From a bacterium (GTDB lineage Bacteria > Bacillota > Clostridia > Oscillospirales > CAG-272), in assembly GCA_963627065.1 (NCBI GenBank), contig CAVGAA010000001.1:71628-135627 (forward strand): a stretch of DNA of 64,000 nt, written 5' to 3'. The position numbers and the translations under genes are program-made. This document shows positions 54,944 to 64,000 of this stretch, piece after piece (within the stretch, counting starts at the first letter, position 1; every line of letters begins with the position of its first letter). The notes below the pieces were generated by a model. The model did no database searches and was not told the DNA's origin. It worked only from the letters and a program-made list of their open reading frames with translations.

Positions 54944-57019
54944 ATGTTTACGATTGCAAAGCCGATTGTCGTTAAAAAATTAGAAGGCGTTATGAATGCA
55001 TTCGCAACGTTTGCGGCACAGGTCGATTCTCTGTCCGGTGCGGAACTGCACATTTGTTCGGCGGATATTTACCGTGTGTCCGTCAACGGTCATTTCGTTG
55101 CGTCCGGACCTGCAAGATGTGCAAAAGGCTATGCGAGAATGGATGTCATTTCGCTTGACGGACTCGGCAGAAAGAGCGGAAACCAAATCATCATTTCAGT
55201 TGTCGGTTATAATTGCCGCTCGCTCTCAACCGTTCTGCAACCGATGTTTCTATGGGCTGAGGTTGTGCGTGACGGAAAAATTCTCGCCGCTACCGGTCGG
55301 GATTTCGACTGTTTCCTCTGCGACACGAAAGTGAGTAAAACCGAGCGTTATTCGGTACAACGCCATTTTGTCGAAGAATGGGACTTGCGGGAGTCACTTT
55401 TCGAGCGTTCCGTACCGGTGTCTATCATGGAAAATCCACCGAAAGTCATTGAGCGACTTGCTCCGTATCCGGCGTATACCGATGTTCCGCTTTCCTGTGC
55501 ATCCTCGGTAGGCAATTTCGAATTCGATCCCGATACCGACACAAACAAAAGGGCATATTCCTTCGTTCCGTCCGAACGTTGGGGAAGGTACGATCCTGCC
55601 GAAACAAAAGATTCCTATAAATGGGTACTGGCACAGAAGCAGAATAAAACCGCAGGAATTACATCGTTGCCTCTCGGACTCGGCGAAGGACAGTACGCAA
55701 TTTTCGATTTTAACGAAATCGAGGTCGGATTTTTCAAACTGTTCGGCACGGCTCAGGACGGAACGGAAATCGTTATCGCTTTCTCGGAAACTTCGACACC
55801 GGACGAATTCAAGTTTGCAAATATGCACGCCAAAAACGTCATTGACTTAACTTTGGGCGGTCGTTTCGATTTTCTCTCATTCGAACCGTACTCGGTCAAA
55901 TATGTCGCAATTTTCGTCAAAAAAGGTGATCTTTGGATTGACGGATTCGGCATCAAATCGTATGCCTGCGACACATCGAATGTCAGCATTCCGGAGCAAA
56001 TTACCGATCCGTGCCTGCGTGGCATCTATTCCGGTGCGGTCCGCACATTCGCACACAACGCAGTTGACCTTTATACCGACTGCCCGTCCCGTGAGCGTGC
56101 CGGTTGGCTTTGCGATTCCTATTTCACCGGCAAAACCGAATACTGCCTTTTCGGAAAAACTGCGGTCGAAGATGCATTTCTCGAAAATTTCCGTCTGTTC
56201 GAAAACGAAGGGGAGTACCCTGAGGGAGTTCTTCCGATGTGCTATCCCTCCGAACCGCAGGACGATTTCAAATTTATTCCGCAGTGGACCATGTGGTACA
56301 TCCTCGAAGTCGAAGATTATATCAACCGCCGTGGGCACAGTGCCGACCGTGAAAAATTCCGCAAGAGCATTTACGGTTTGCTGGATTTTTACAGCCGTTA
56401 CGAAAACAAAAGCGGACTTTTGGAAAAACTTCCGTCATGGAATTTTGTCGAATGGAGTAGAGCAAACACTTGGACGCAGGATGTCAACTATCCTACAAAC
56501 TTCCTCTATGCCGAAGTACTTCGTTGCGTGAATCGTTTGTATGACGATAAAAATGCAGGCGAAAAAGCCGAAAAAATCGCCGAAGAAACCAAAAAACAAG
56601 CATTTGACGGTGTCAAATTCCTTGATCATGCGGTAAGGCAGGACGGCAAATTGAAAAGGCTTGACGATTGCTCCGAAGCAGGGCAATATTATGCAATTCT
56701 GTTCGGCAATCTTGACATCAACGCTCCCGAATATGCGGAACTGAAAAAACTGGTTCTTACCGTGTTCGGAGCGGACCGCAAAGTCCTTTTGGAAGAAATT
56801 GCACCGATCAACGCATTCATCGGAGCGTACCTCAGACTCGAAGCACTTCTCAAAATCGGCGAAAACGGGGCGGTTCTCGAAAGTCTTACAACTTTCTTCG
56901 GCAATATGGCAAGTGAAACCGGAACTCTCTGGGAATATAGAGAAAACAAGGGTAGCCGTGACCACGGCTTTGCATCCTATGCACTTGTCGCAATGCGAAA
57001 GGCTCTCGGCATCGATTGA
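54944..57019 (+). CDS. GH78-like alpha-L-rhamnosidase family (six-hairpin) glycosidase
   Basis: DCPSRERAGWLCDSYF resembles the GH78 motif DCPxRdERlGWtGD. There is no signal peptide. ATG at 54944 follows GGAGG. Confidence 0.6.
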   Translation: MFTIAKPIVVKKLEGVMNAFATFAAQVDSLSGAELHICSADIYRVSVNGHFVASGPARCAKGYARMDVISLDGLGRKSGNQIIISVVGYNCRSLSTVLQPMFLWAEVVRDGKILAATGRDFDCFLCDTKVSKTERYSVQRHFVEEWDLRESLFERSVPVSIMENPPKVIERLAPYPAYTDVPLSCASSVGNFEFDPDTDTNKRAYSFVPSERWGRYDPAETKDSYKWVLAQKQNKTAGITSLPLGLGEGQYAIFDFNEIEVGFFKLFGTAQDGTEIVIAFSETSTPDEFKFANMHAKNVIDLTLGGRFDFLSFEPYSVKYVAIFVKKGDLWIDGFGIKSYACDTSNVSIPEQITDPCLRGIYSGAVRTFAHNAVDLYTDCPSRERAGWLCDSYFTGKTEYCLFGKTAVEDAFLENFRLFENEGEYPEGVLPMCYPSEPQDDFKFIPQWTMWYILEVEDYINRRGHSADREKFRKSIYGLLDFYSRYENKSGLLEKLPSWNFVEWSRANTWTQDVNYPTNFLYAEVLRCVNRLYDDKNAGEKAEKIAEETKKQAFDGVKFLDHAVRQDGKLKRLDDCSEAGQYYAILFGNLDINAPEYAELKKLVLTVFGADRKVLLEEIAPINAFIGAYLRLEALLKIGENGAVLESLTTFFGNMASETGTLWEYRENKGSRDHGFASYALVAMRKALGID

Positions 57020-57037
57020 CCGTCAAATCATACAGAA

Positions 57038-57076
57038 AACAGACACACAGCTTGTCGCCGTGTGTCTGTTTTTTAC
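57038..57076 (+). terminator. Rho-independent terminator after the GH78-like gene
   Basis: AACAGACACAC/GTGTGTCTGTT stem followed by TTTTTT. Confidence 0.75.
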
Positions 57077-57103
57077 GAAAATCAAGAAATTCGCAATTAC
57101 CTA

Positions 57104-57132
57104 TTGACAAGGTAGGTAAAGTGTGGTATTAT
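57104..57132 (+). promoter_or_regulatory. Sigma-A-type promoter (extended -10) of the cysK operon
   Basis: TTGACA (57104-57109), a 17-nt spacer, then TGgTATTAT (-10 at 57127-57132). Confidence 0.6.
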
Positions 57133-57179
57133 ATATGCATAAAACCTACCAAATTGATAGGCAAATGAAGGAGCAAACC

Positions 57180-58118
57180 ATGTCGCACATTTATACATCC
57201 GCCGAGCAGTTAATCGGCAACACTCCGCTTTTGGAGTTGCAAAACATCGAAAAAAAATACAATTTGAAAGCAAAATTGCTTGCAAAACTCGAATATTTTA
57301 ATCCGGCAGGATCGGCAAAAGACCGTGTCGCAAAAAAAATGATCGAAGATGCCGAAAAATCCGGTAAACTCAAAAAAGGATCGGTCATCATCGAGCCGAC
57401 CTCGGGGAATACCGGTATCGGCTTGGCATCGGTCTCTGCAATACACGGTTACCGCATCATCATTGTTATGCCGGACAGTATGTCTGTTGAACGCAGACTG
57501 CTTATGAAAGCATACGGAGCAGAACTTGTTTTGACAGACGGTGCAGAGGGCATGAAAGGGGCAATTGCCAAAGCCGATGAACTTGCAAAAGAAATTCCGA
57601 ATTCGTTTGTCGCAGGGCAGTTTGTCAACCCGTCCAATCCGCAGGCACATTACGAAACGACCGGACCTGAAATTTACGCAGATACTGACGGTAAAGTCGA
57701 TTATTTTGTCGCAGGAGTCGGAACGGGCGGAACCATAACCGGTGTCGGCAAATACCTCAAAGAGAAAAATCCGAATGTTAAGATTGTTGCGGTCGAACCG
57801 GCAACCTCGGCAGTTCTCTCGACCGGAAAAGCGGGACCGCATAAAATTCAGGGCATCGGAGCAGGTTTCGTCCCCGAAGTCCTCGACGCCGAGATTTATG
57901 ACGAAATCATTGCCGTTGCAAACGAAGATGCATACGCATACGGTCGTGAAATGGGCAAAAACGAGGGCATTCTTGTCGGAATTTCCTCGGGTGCCGCTCT
58001 CTGCGCCGGAATTGAGGTTGCAAAGAGAACTGAAAACACCGGCAAAACGGTTGTCGTCCTGCTTGCCGATAACGGCGATCACTACCTTTCCACACCGAAT
58101 TATTACGAAGAACAATAA
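57180..58118 (+). CDS. cysK: Cysteine synthase A (O-acetylserine sulfhydrylase)
   Basis: NPAGSAKDR (PLP Lys) and EPTSGNTGIGLA. AAGGAG SD lies upstream. Confidence 0.92.
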   Translation: MSHIYTSAEQLIGNTPLLELQNIEKKYNLKAKLLAKLEYFNPAGSAKDRVAKKMIEDAEKSGKLKKGSVIIEPTSGNTGIGLASVSAIHGYRIIIVMPDSMSVERRLLMKAYGAELVLTDGAEGMKGAIAKADELAKEIPNSFVAGQFVNPSNPQAHYETTGPEIYADTDGKVDYFVAGVGTGGTITGVGKYLKEKNPNVKIVAVEPATSAVLSTGKAGPHKIQGIGAGFVPEVLDAEIYDEIIAVANEDAYAYGREMGKNEGILVGISSGAALCAGIEVAKRTENTGKTVVVLLADNGDHYLSTPNYYEEQ

Positions 58119-58124
58119 AGAAAT

Positions 58125-58958
58125 ATGAAAGAAAAAAGAATTCTAACGGTTCAGGACGTGTCCTGCGTAGGGCAATGCTCTCTCACGGTTGCCCTGCCGA
58201 TTCTCTCGGCGTGCGGAATTGAAACCTGCGTTCTCCCGACCGCAATGCTCTCCACACACACGGCATTCAAACATTTTACAAGTTTTGATTTAACCGCCGA
58301 AATGCCGAAAATCCGTGAAGTTTGGGAAGAAGAAAATATCAAATTCAACGCCCTTTATACCGGTTACCTCGGCAGTGCGGGACAAGTAGGGGAAGTCCTC
58401 GAAATTGCGAAAACCTGCCTGCCGTCCGATGCCGTCAAAATCGTCGATCCGGCAATGGCGGACTTCGGTCGCCTTTACCCTGCATTCGACAGTGATTTTG
58501 TCACCGCTATGCGAAAACTTTGCTCGTCCGCCGACATTATTCTCCCGAATCTCACCGAAGCCTGCTTTCTCGCAGGTGCGGAATACCGTGAAACTTATGA
58601 CGGGCAATATACGGATGACATTCTCAAACGCCTGCATGCTGCAACCGGCGTCGGAACAATCGTTTTGACCGGTATCGGTTACCGTCCGGACAAAACCGGT
58701 GTTCTGGTTTATGAAAACGGAAACACCGATTATTACGAACACGACCGCATCGGTCGGGGCTGTCACGGAACGGGCGATGTCTATGCATCTGTTTTTACGG
58801 GAGCATATTTGCACGGAAAAACCGTGACCGAATCGGCAAGAATCTCCGCCGATTTCACGGTTCTCTGTATCAAAAACACACTTGACGATCCGTCCCACTG
58901 GTACGGTGTCAACTTTGAAGAAAAATTGCCGGAGCTTTGGAAACTGCTCGGCAAATGA
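58125..58958 (+). CDS. Pyridoxal/pyridoxamine kinase (ribokinase fold)
   Basis: ILTVQDVSCVGQCSLTVALPILSACGIETCVLPTAMLSTHT matches the N-terminus typical of Firmicute pyridoxamine kinases. Confidence 0.75.
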   Translation: MKEKRILTVQDVSCVGQCSLTVALPILSACGIETCVLPTAMLSTHTAFKHFTSFDLTAEMPKIREVWEEENIKFNALYTGYLGSAGQVGEVLEIAKTCLPSDAVKIVDPAMADFGRLYPAFDSDFVTAMRKLCSSADIILPNLTEACFLAGAEYRETYDGQYTDDILKRLHAATGVGTIVLTGIGYRPDKTGVLVYENGNTDYYEHDRIGRGCHGTGDVYASVFTGAYLHGKTVTESARISADFTVLCIKNTLDDPSHWYGVNFEEKLPELWKLLGK

Positions 58959-58966
58959 GGTCTGTT

Positions 58967-60160
58967 ATGAGAGAAATTTATGTCGACAATGCCGCAACAA
59001 CCAAAATGAGCAATGTTGCGATTGAAGCAATGTTGCCTTATATGGACAGAATTTACGGCAACCCGTCCAGCCTGCATTCGATAGGACAGAGAGCAAACGA
59101 AGCCCTTTGCGATGCGAGAGAACGAATCGCCAAATGCCTCGGATGCCAACCGAGAGAAATCATCTTTACATCCGGAGGCAGTGAAGCCGACAATCAGGCA
59201 ATACTGTCAGCCGCCGCAATCGGTGCGAAAAAAGGCAAAAAGCACATCATTTCAACGACATTCGAGCATCAAGCCGTCCTGCATACACTTGAAAAACTAA
59301 AAAAGCAGGGCTTTGAAGTTCAATTGCTTGATGTGCATCACATCGGAAATATCACGGCAAACGAAGTCAAAAACGCCATTCGCCCCGATACCTGCCTCGT
59401 CACCACCATGTACGCCAACAACGAAATCGGATCGGTTCTGCCGATTGCAGAAATCGGGAAAGTTTGTAGGGAGGCCGGTGTGATCTTCCATACCGATGCC
59501 GTTCAGGCGGCAGGGCATTTACCGATTGACGTCACCGCACAAAATATCGATATGCTGTCGCTTTCGGCACACAAATTTCACGGTCCGAAAGGTATCGGCG
59601 TTCTGTACTGTCGCAAAAACATTCCGCTTACGAGTCTCATCGAGGGCGGGGCTCAGGAGCGTGGCAAGCGTGCCGGAACGGAAAACCTACCTGCCATTAT
59701 GGGTATGGCAGCGGCACTCGAAGATGCCTGCCGTCACATGGTGGAAAACACCGAAAAAGTCACGGCACTCCGTAACCGCCTGATTGCAGGGCTTTCCGAA
59801 ATTCCGCACTCGGTTCTCAACGGCGATCCGGTCAACCGTTTGTCCGGAAATGTGCATTTCTGCTTTGAGGGCATCGAGGGCGAAAGCCTGCTTCTGCTGT
59901 TGGACGACAAAGGCATCTGTGCATCGTCCGGTTCTGCCTGCACATCCGGATCACTCGATCCCAGTCATGTCCTGCTCGCAATCGGGCATCCGCACGAAAT
60001 CGCACATGGTTCATTGCGTTTGTCACTCTGCGAAACAAATACCGATGAAGACGTTGACGATATGCTCCGAGAAATTCCGAAAGTGGTTGAGTACCTGCGG
60101 AATATGTCACCGCTGTGGCGTGACAAAGTGAACGGCAAAAAAGAATTTTATCTGTTGTGA
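58967..60160 (+). CDS. nifS: Cysteine desulfurase NifS/IscS type
   Basis: YVDNAATT, SAHKFHGPKG (PLP Lys) and SSGSACTS (catalytic Cys). Confidence 0.92.
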   Translation: MREIYVDNAATTKMSNVAIEAMLPYMDRIYGNPSSLHSIGQRANEALCDARERIAKCLGCQPREIIFTSGGSEADNQAILSAAAIGAKKGKKHIISTTFEHQAVLHTLEKLKKQGFEVQLLDVHHIGNITANEVKNAIRPDTCLVTTMYANNEIGSVLPIAEIGKVCREAGVIFHTDAVQAAGHLPIDVTAQNIDMLSLSAHKFHGPKGIGVLYCRKNIPLTSLIEGGAQERGKRAGTENLPAIMGMAAALEDACRHMVENTEKVTALRNRLIAGLSEIPHSVLNGDPVNRLSGNVHFCFEGIEGESLLLLLDDKGICASSGSACTSGSLDPSHVLLAIGHPHEIAHGSLRLSLCETNTDEDVDDMLREIPKVVEYLRNMSPLWRDKVNGKKEFYLL

Positions 60161-60172
60161 GAGGAAAATACA

Positions 60173-60601
60173 ATGGCACTTTACAGTGAAAAAGTCATGG
60201 ATCACTTCAAAAATCCACGCAATGTCGGCGTAATCGAAAATGCCGACGGCGTCGGTGAAATCGGCAATGCAAAATGCGGTGACATTATGAAAATTTATCT
60301 TAAGATTGACAATGACATTATCACGGATGTCAAATTTGAAACTTTCGGTTGCGGATCTGCCATAGCATCAAGTTCCATGGCGACCGAAATGATCAAAGGC
60401 AAACCCGTGAGCGAGGCACTCGAACTTTCCAACAAAGCAGTAGCGGAGGCACTGGACGGTCTTCCGGCACACAAAATGCACTGCTCGGTTCTGGCAGAGG
60501 AAGCAATCAAATCGGCGGTCAAAGATTATTATGATAAAAATCACATTCCGTACGATGCCGAAAAATTCGCAGATGAGTCCTGCCCACACTGCCATGCGTA
60601 A
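60173..60601 (+). CDS. nifU: Fe-S cluster assembly scaffold NifU/IscU
   Basis: NAKCGDIM, FGCGSAIASSS and HCSVLAEEA. Confidence 0.9.
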   Translation: MALYSEKVMDHFKNPRNVGVIENADGVGEIGNAKCGDIMKIYLKIDNDIITDVKFETFGCGSAIASSSMATEMIKGKPVSEALELSNKAVAEALDGLPAHKMHCSVLAEEAIKSAVKDYYDKNHIPYDAEKFADESCPHCHA

Positions 60602-61658
60602 AGCCTTAATTGCCATGAGCGGAGGCGTCGATTCCTCGGTTTCCGCTTATTTGATGACAAAAGCAGGTTACGATTGCATCGGCGTGACCATGAAACTCTA
60701 TTCCGGCGAGGACATCGGTGCGGATAAATCAAAAACCTGTTGTTCGCTCGATGATGTCGAAGATGCAAGGCAGGTCGCATACAAACTCGGCATTCCGTAT
60801 TACGTTTTCAATTTTTCCGGCGATTTCCGAACGGAAGTAATGGAGCGGTTTGTCACATCTTACGAGTCCGGAGCAACTCCGAATCCGTGCATTGACTGCA
60901 ACCGACATCTCAAATTTGATCGTCTCTACCGCCGTGCAAAAGAACTCGGGTGCGACTGTGTCGTGACCGGTCACTATGCAAGAATCGAGCAGAACGGCGA
61001 CCGTTACATCCTCAAAAAATCGGCAAATCCGGAAAAAGATCAAAGTTATGTCCTTTACTCCTTAACGCAGGAGCAATTGGCACATACACTGTTTCCGCTC
61101 GGCAATATGGCAAAGGAAGAAACAAGAAAAATCGCAACCGAGCAAGGCTTTTTCAATGCCGACAAGCCCGATAGCCAAGACATTTGTTTTGTTCCGGACG
61201 GCGATTATGCCTCCTTCATCTGCCGTTACCGTGGCAAGACCTACCCCGAAGGCGACTTTGTCGATTTGAAAGGCAATAAACTCGGCAGACATCACGGCAT
61301 CATTCATTATACGTTGGGACAGCGAAAAGGACTCGGCATTTCGGCAGGCGAACCGCTCTATGTTATCCGCATCGAACCCGAAACCAACCGTGTCGTGCTT
61401 GGTAAAAATTCCGATCTTTTCACCAAAGAACTCGATGCAGACGGTATGAATTGGATCGCAATCGACGAACCGTCCGAACCCGTCCGTGTCAAAGCGAAAG
61501 TTCGATACCGTCAGGCGGAGCAGTGGGCGACCGCAACCGTCACGGAACACGGAAAAATGCACTTGGTTTTTGACGAACCGCAACGAGCCATAACAAAAGG
61601 GCAGGCGGTTGTCCTCTATGACGGCGACATTGTCGTCGCCGGCGGAATCATCCGTTGA
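60594..61658 (+). CDS. mnmA: tRNA 2-thiouridine(34) synthase
   Basis: PP-loop AMSGGVDSS, then PNPCIDCN and DQSYVL. It overlaps the nifU stop by 8 nt. Confidence 0.92.
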   Translation: MRKALIAMSGGVDSSVSAYLMTKAGYDCIGVTMKLYSGEDIGADKSKTCCSLDDVEDARQVAYKLGIPYYVFNFSGDFRTEVMERFVTSYESGATPNPCIDCNRHLKFDRLYRRAKELGCDCVVTGHYARIEQNGDRYILKKSANPEKDQSYVLYSLTQEQLAHTLFPLGNMAKEETRKIATEQGFFNADKPDSQDICFVPDGDYASFICRYRGKTYPEGDFVDLKGNKLGRHHGIIHYTLGQRKGLGISAGEPLYVIRIEPETNRVVLGKNSDLFTKELDADGMNWIAIDEPSEPVRVKAKVRYRQAEQWATATVTEHGKMHLVFDEPQRAITKGQAVVLYDGDIVVAGGIIR

Positions 61659-61670
61659 GGAGGGGACAAT

Positions 61671-62075
61671 ATGATGGTATCGACAAGAGGTCGTTACGCA
61701 CTCCGCATGATGATTGACTTGGCGGAAAACAGCAAAAACGGTGAATATATCGCCATGAAAGACATTGCGGAACGGCTGGAAATTTCAAAAAAATATATGG
61801 AACAGATTATGCCGACGCTCGTCAAACACGGATTGGTCGAGGGGGTTCAGGGGCAAGGCGGAGGCTATCGTCTGACAAGAAAACCGCATGAATATCGGGT
61901 AGGGGAGATTTTGCGATTGACCGAGGGAGATTTAGCTCCCGTTGCGTGTCTCACAGGTGATAACCCCTGCACCCGAGTCGGCGGTTGCCGTACAATTGCC
62001 ATGTGGAGCAAATTCAACAAACTCACAAACGACTTTTTCGACAGTGTTTCCATATCGGACCTTATGCAAAAATAA
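61671..62075 (+). CDS. Rrf2-family transcriptional regulator (IscR/CymR-like)
   Basis: STRGRYALRMMIDLA...ISKKYMEQIMPTLVKHGLVEGVQGQGGGYRL, with Cys residues in the C-terminal half. Confidence 0.85.
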   Translation: MMVSTRGRYALRMMIDLAENSKNGEYIAMKDIAERLEISKKYMEQIMPTLVKHGLVEGVQGQGGGYRLTRKPHEYRVGEILRLTEGDLAPVACLTGDNPCTRVGGCRTIAMWSKFNKLTNDFFDSVSISDLMQK

Positions 62076-62098
62076 TGATATTTCCCTATGAAAACAAT

Positions 62099-62140
62099 AG
62101 AGAACCGCTTCGAGTCTTTCAAAACTCAAAGCGGTTCTCT
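62099..62140. terminator. Hairpin between the convergent Rrf2 and zinc-ribbon genes
   Basis: AGAGAACCGCTTCGAGT pairs with ACTCAAAGCGGTTCTCT with one mismatch. The U-tracts are weak. Confidence 0.45.
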
Positions 62141-62203
62141 CGTGCTATATCGACAATTTCAATTCATAGGAAGAAATCGGATACAGTCAGATTGTGTCGC
62201 AAA

Positions 62204-62524
62204 TCAGTTTTCTGCCTGACGACGCTTTGCAAAGCAAGCACTGCAATACACAGGTCTGTCATCGGACGGCTGGAAAGTCAGTTTTGCTTCACCGCCACAG
62301 TCGGCACAAACGGCAGTGAAGTACTCACGGGGTGCTTTGCCTGCATTTTTCTTTGCGGCACGGCACTCTTTGCAAGACTTCGGCTTGTTCATGAAGCCTT
62401 TCTCGGCGTAGAATTTCTGCTCGCCTGCGGTGAAGACGAATTCTTTTCCGCAATCTTTGCAGACTAAGGTTTCATCAACAAACTCGGTGTCATTGGCGAC
62501 GATGGTGTTTTCTTCCATGGACAT
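62204..62524 (-). CDS. Zinc-ribbon protein (CxxC...CxxC x2)
   Basis: CKDCGKEF...CKECR and CADCGGEA...CSAC. Start taken at MSMEEN (62524). Confidence 0.65.
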   Translation of the reverse strand: MSMEENTIVANDTEFVDETLVCKDCGKEFVFTAGEQKFYAEKGFMNKPKSCKECRAAKKNAGKAPREYFTAVCADCGGEAKLTFQPSDDRPVYCSACFAKRRQAEN

Positions 62525-62633
62525 TTTGGTAACCCTCTCTTGAGAAAAAATTGAATTTTGCCCCTGTCGGATTTCAACCGACATCAACTCATGCGAGCCG
62601 TTCTCGTTGAACTAAGTGGACATATAAACAAGG

Positions 62634-63236
62634 TTAATTTTTTTGCGTAAAGTGCTTTTGTAGTTTCTGTCTTGCTCGGAATAGGGAATTGGAAACCGAT
62701 TTTTTGTCGGTATGCAACCGCTCTGCAATCTTGTCTGCCGAATCCCCCATAAAAAACAGCATCCAGACACGGTATTCGAAAGGCGACAATAAAGCCTCGA
62801 TTCTCCTGCAAACCTCCGCATAACTTTCCGCCTCGACCAAACGGTAAGCGGGATCGCTGTCGTCACCGGCAGGCAAATCGTCCGGATTGATTTCATCAAG
62901 TGAAACCGTATTTGCATCGTTTTTTTTGGAACGCAACAAACCTGTCAGGCGGTTTTCCATACAGATTTTTGCATACAGACCGAATGTAATGCCGTCACGC
63001 TTCGCGTCAAAACTTTGAATTGCGGAAGCAAACGCATCAATGGCAACCGAACGCAGATCCGCATCCGATTTTCCGCTCTTTGCATATTTTTCAACAAGTC
63101 CGTCAACCAAAGGAGCATACCCCCGAAAAAGTACCGCAAATGCATCGTCGTCACCGTCACGGGCAGAAAGAACCAACTTTTTGACCTGACTATCGGATTT
63201 TTTATCATTTTGAGATTCAACGGGATTCTGCGACAT
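62634..63236 (-). CDS. Sigma-70-family RNA polymerase sigma factor (regions 2 and 4 only)
   Basis: DDAFAVLFRGYAPLV...FGLYAKICMENRL matches region 2. SADKIAERLHTDKKSVSNSLFRARQKL matches the region 4 HTH. Start taken at MSQNPV (63236). Confidence 0.7.
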   Translation of the reverse strand: MSQNPVESQNDKKSDSQVKKLVLSARDGDDDAFAVLFRGYAPLVDGLVEKYAKSGKSDADLRSVAIDAFASAIQSFDAKRDGITFGLYAKICMENRLTGLLRSKKNDANTVSLDEINPDDLPAGDDSDPAYRLVEAESYAEVCRRIEALLSPFEYRVWMLFFMGDSADKIAERLHTDKKSVSNSLFRARQKLQKHFTQKN

Positions 63237-63755
63237 TTGATACCTTTCGAGGAAAAACGAACGAATTTTCTGCAACCTGCAACCCGAGCCAAAAGGGGGG
63301 ACGAATGCTAATGAAAATTCGTTACAATTTTCAATTTCACATTCTTTTAATATTATATCACATTTTTGTGTAATGTCAACTGTTTTTTGAAATAATTTTT
63401 TCACCGAACTTTTTGAAAATCGGAGTGTTTTTGTGAATTATAACCAAAAATGAACCTTTGATTTTGGCTAAAATTACCTGCATTTTTCGGATGCAATTGT
63501 CATTTTGCACAAATTCGAACGTAAAAGATTGTGTATTATTTTTGACGGTTTTCAAACGGTTTCCGGACACTTTTCGGAAGATTATAAGAAAGTAACCGTA
63601 AAAAATACGAAATATAACGGAAAATAGCCTGCTTTATCATTTTCAGATTGCAAATTTAACTTGCAAACTTTCGGAAGAATCGTCAAGCAGAACCGCTCCG
63701 ACAGAATGAAAAGCAAAAAATCCTACCAAAGCCCCATAAATTTGGCGAAAAGCCC

Positions 63756-63784
63756 TTGACATTACCCTGAAAATATGGTATACT
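63756..63784 (+). promoter_or_regulatory. Sigma-A-type promoter (extended -10) of tRNA-Gln
   Basis: TTGACA (63756-63761), a 17-nt spacer, then TGgTATACT (-10 at 63779-63784). Confidence 0.65.
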
Positions 63785-63804
63785 ATTTAGCGTTGCAAAT
63801 AAAT

Positions 63805-63879
63805 TGGGGTGTAGCCAAGTGGTAAGGCACCAGACTTTGACTCTGGCACTCGTCGGTCCGAATCCGGCCACCCCAGCCA
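63805..63879 (+). tRNA. tRNA-Gln (anticodon UUG), CCA encoded
   Basis: Hand-folded cloverleaf: acceptor TGGGGTG/CACCCCA, anticodon stem CCAGA/TCTGG with loop CTTTGAC, T arm GTCGG-TCCGAAT-CCGGC, discriminator G, then CCA. Confidence 0.9.
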
Positions 63880-63880
63880 A

Positions 63881-63920
63881 AATCCCTCGCACGGAATCAG
63901 TGCGAGGGATTTTGTATTTT
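63881..63920 (+). terminator. Rho-independent terminator after tRNA-Gln
   Basis: AATCCCTCGCAC/GTGCGAGGGATT stem followed by TTGTATTTT. Confidence 0.75.
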
Positions 63921-64000
63921 GCGTCACCCCATTTTTAAGGCTGTGTAAATTTAGAAAATCGCCGGCTTGCCAATCCTTTGTCATAAATAAGTTGGCAGTT

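Noticed and set aside
1-64000. CRISPR arrays, rRNA genes, prophage structural genes or toxin-antitoxin pairs
   Set aside because: I scanned for regularly spaced direct repeats and for characteristic gene products and saw none. The only tandem or inverted repeats found are those reported above.

Overview
This 64-kb window looks like a chromosomal segment of a sporulating Firmicute, probably Clostridia-like. That is inferred from spoVG, ytfJ plus a DUF2953 gene, scpAB, a T-box leader on ileS, and many textbook TTGACA-17-TATAAT promoters. Most of it is housekeeping: partial galT, a MATE exporter, rluB-like, scpA/scpB, an M50 protease, engB, lon, dusB, murC, ppa, rluD, lspA, ileS, trmL, secA, a cysK-pdxK-nifS-nifU-mnmA-Rrf2 sulfur/Fe-S operon, tRNA-Gln(UUG), three ABC exporters, two intracellular glycosidases and an orphan CpsB/CpsC/CpsD tyrosine-kinase module. 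The main finding is a roughly 9.6-kb AT-rich island (about 31.95-41.51 kb) between an MFS transporter gene and a MutS-like ATPase gene. An IS30-type transposase remnant bounds one side and a decayed IS3-family element the other. The island carries nine intact, tightly packed co-directional genes: a radical-SAM/SPASM maturase, a PqqD-like RRE, an amidohydrolase-GNAT fusion, a stand-alone class-II aminoacyl-tRNA-synthetase catalytic core, a prenyltransferase/squalene-cyclase-repeat protein, a B12-binding radical-SAM enzyme, a homospermidine-synthase/saccharopine-dehydrogenase-like protein, a 77-aa 4x CxxCxGxG zinc-finger protein, and a 42-aa Cys-rich peptide absent from the ORF track (core ...GRWCFGCSNCNCN). 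I read this as a RiPP-type biosynthetic cluster with an enzyme combination I do not recognise as a described class. Secondary observations are a secA-linked membrane/ABC/DUF1854 module with paralogous N-terminal extra domains, a long structured MATE leader containing a T16 tract, long charged tails on ScpA/ScpB, and candidate operator repeats. All family assignments rest on motif recognition by eye; no searches were run.
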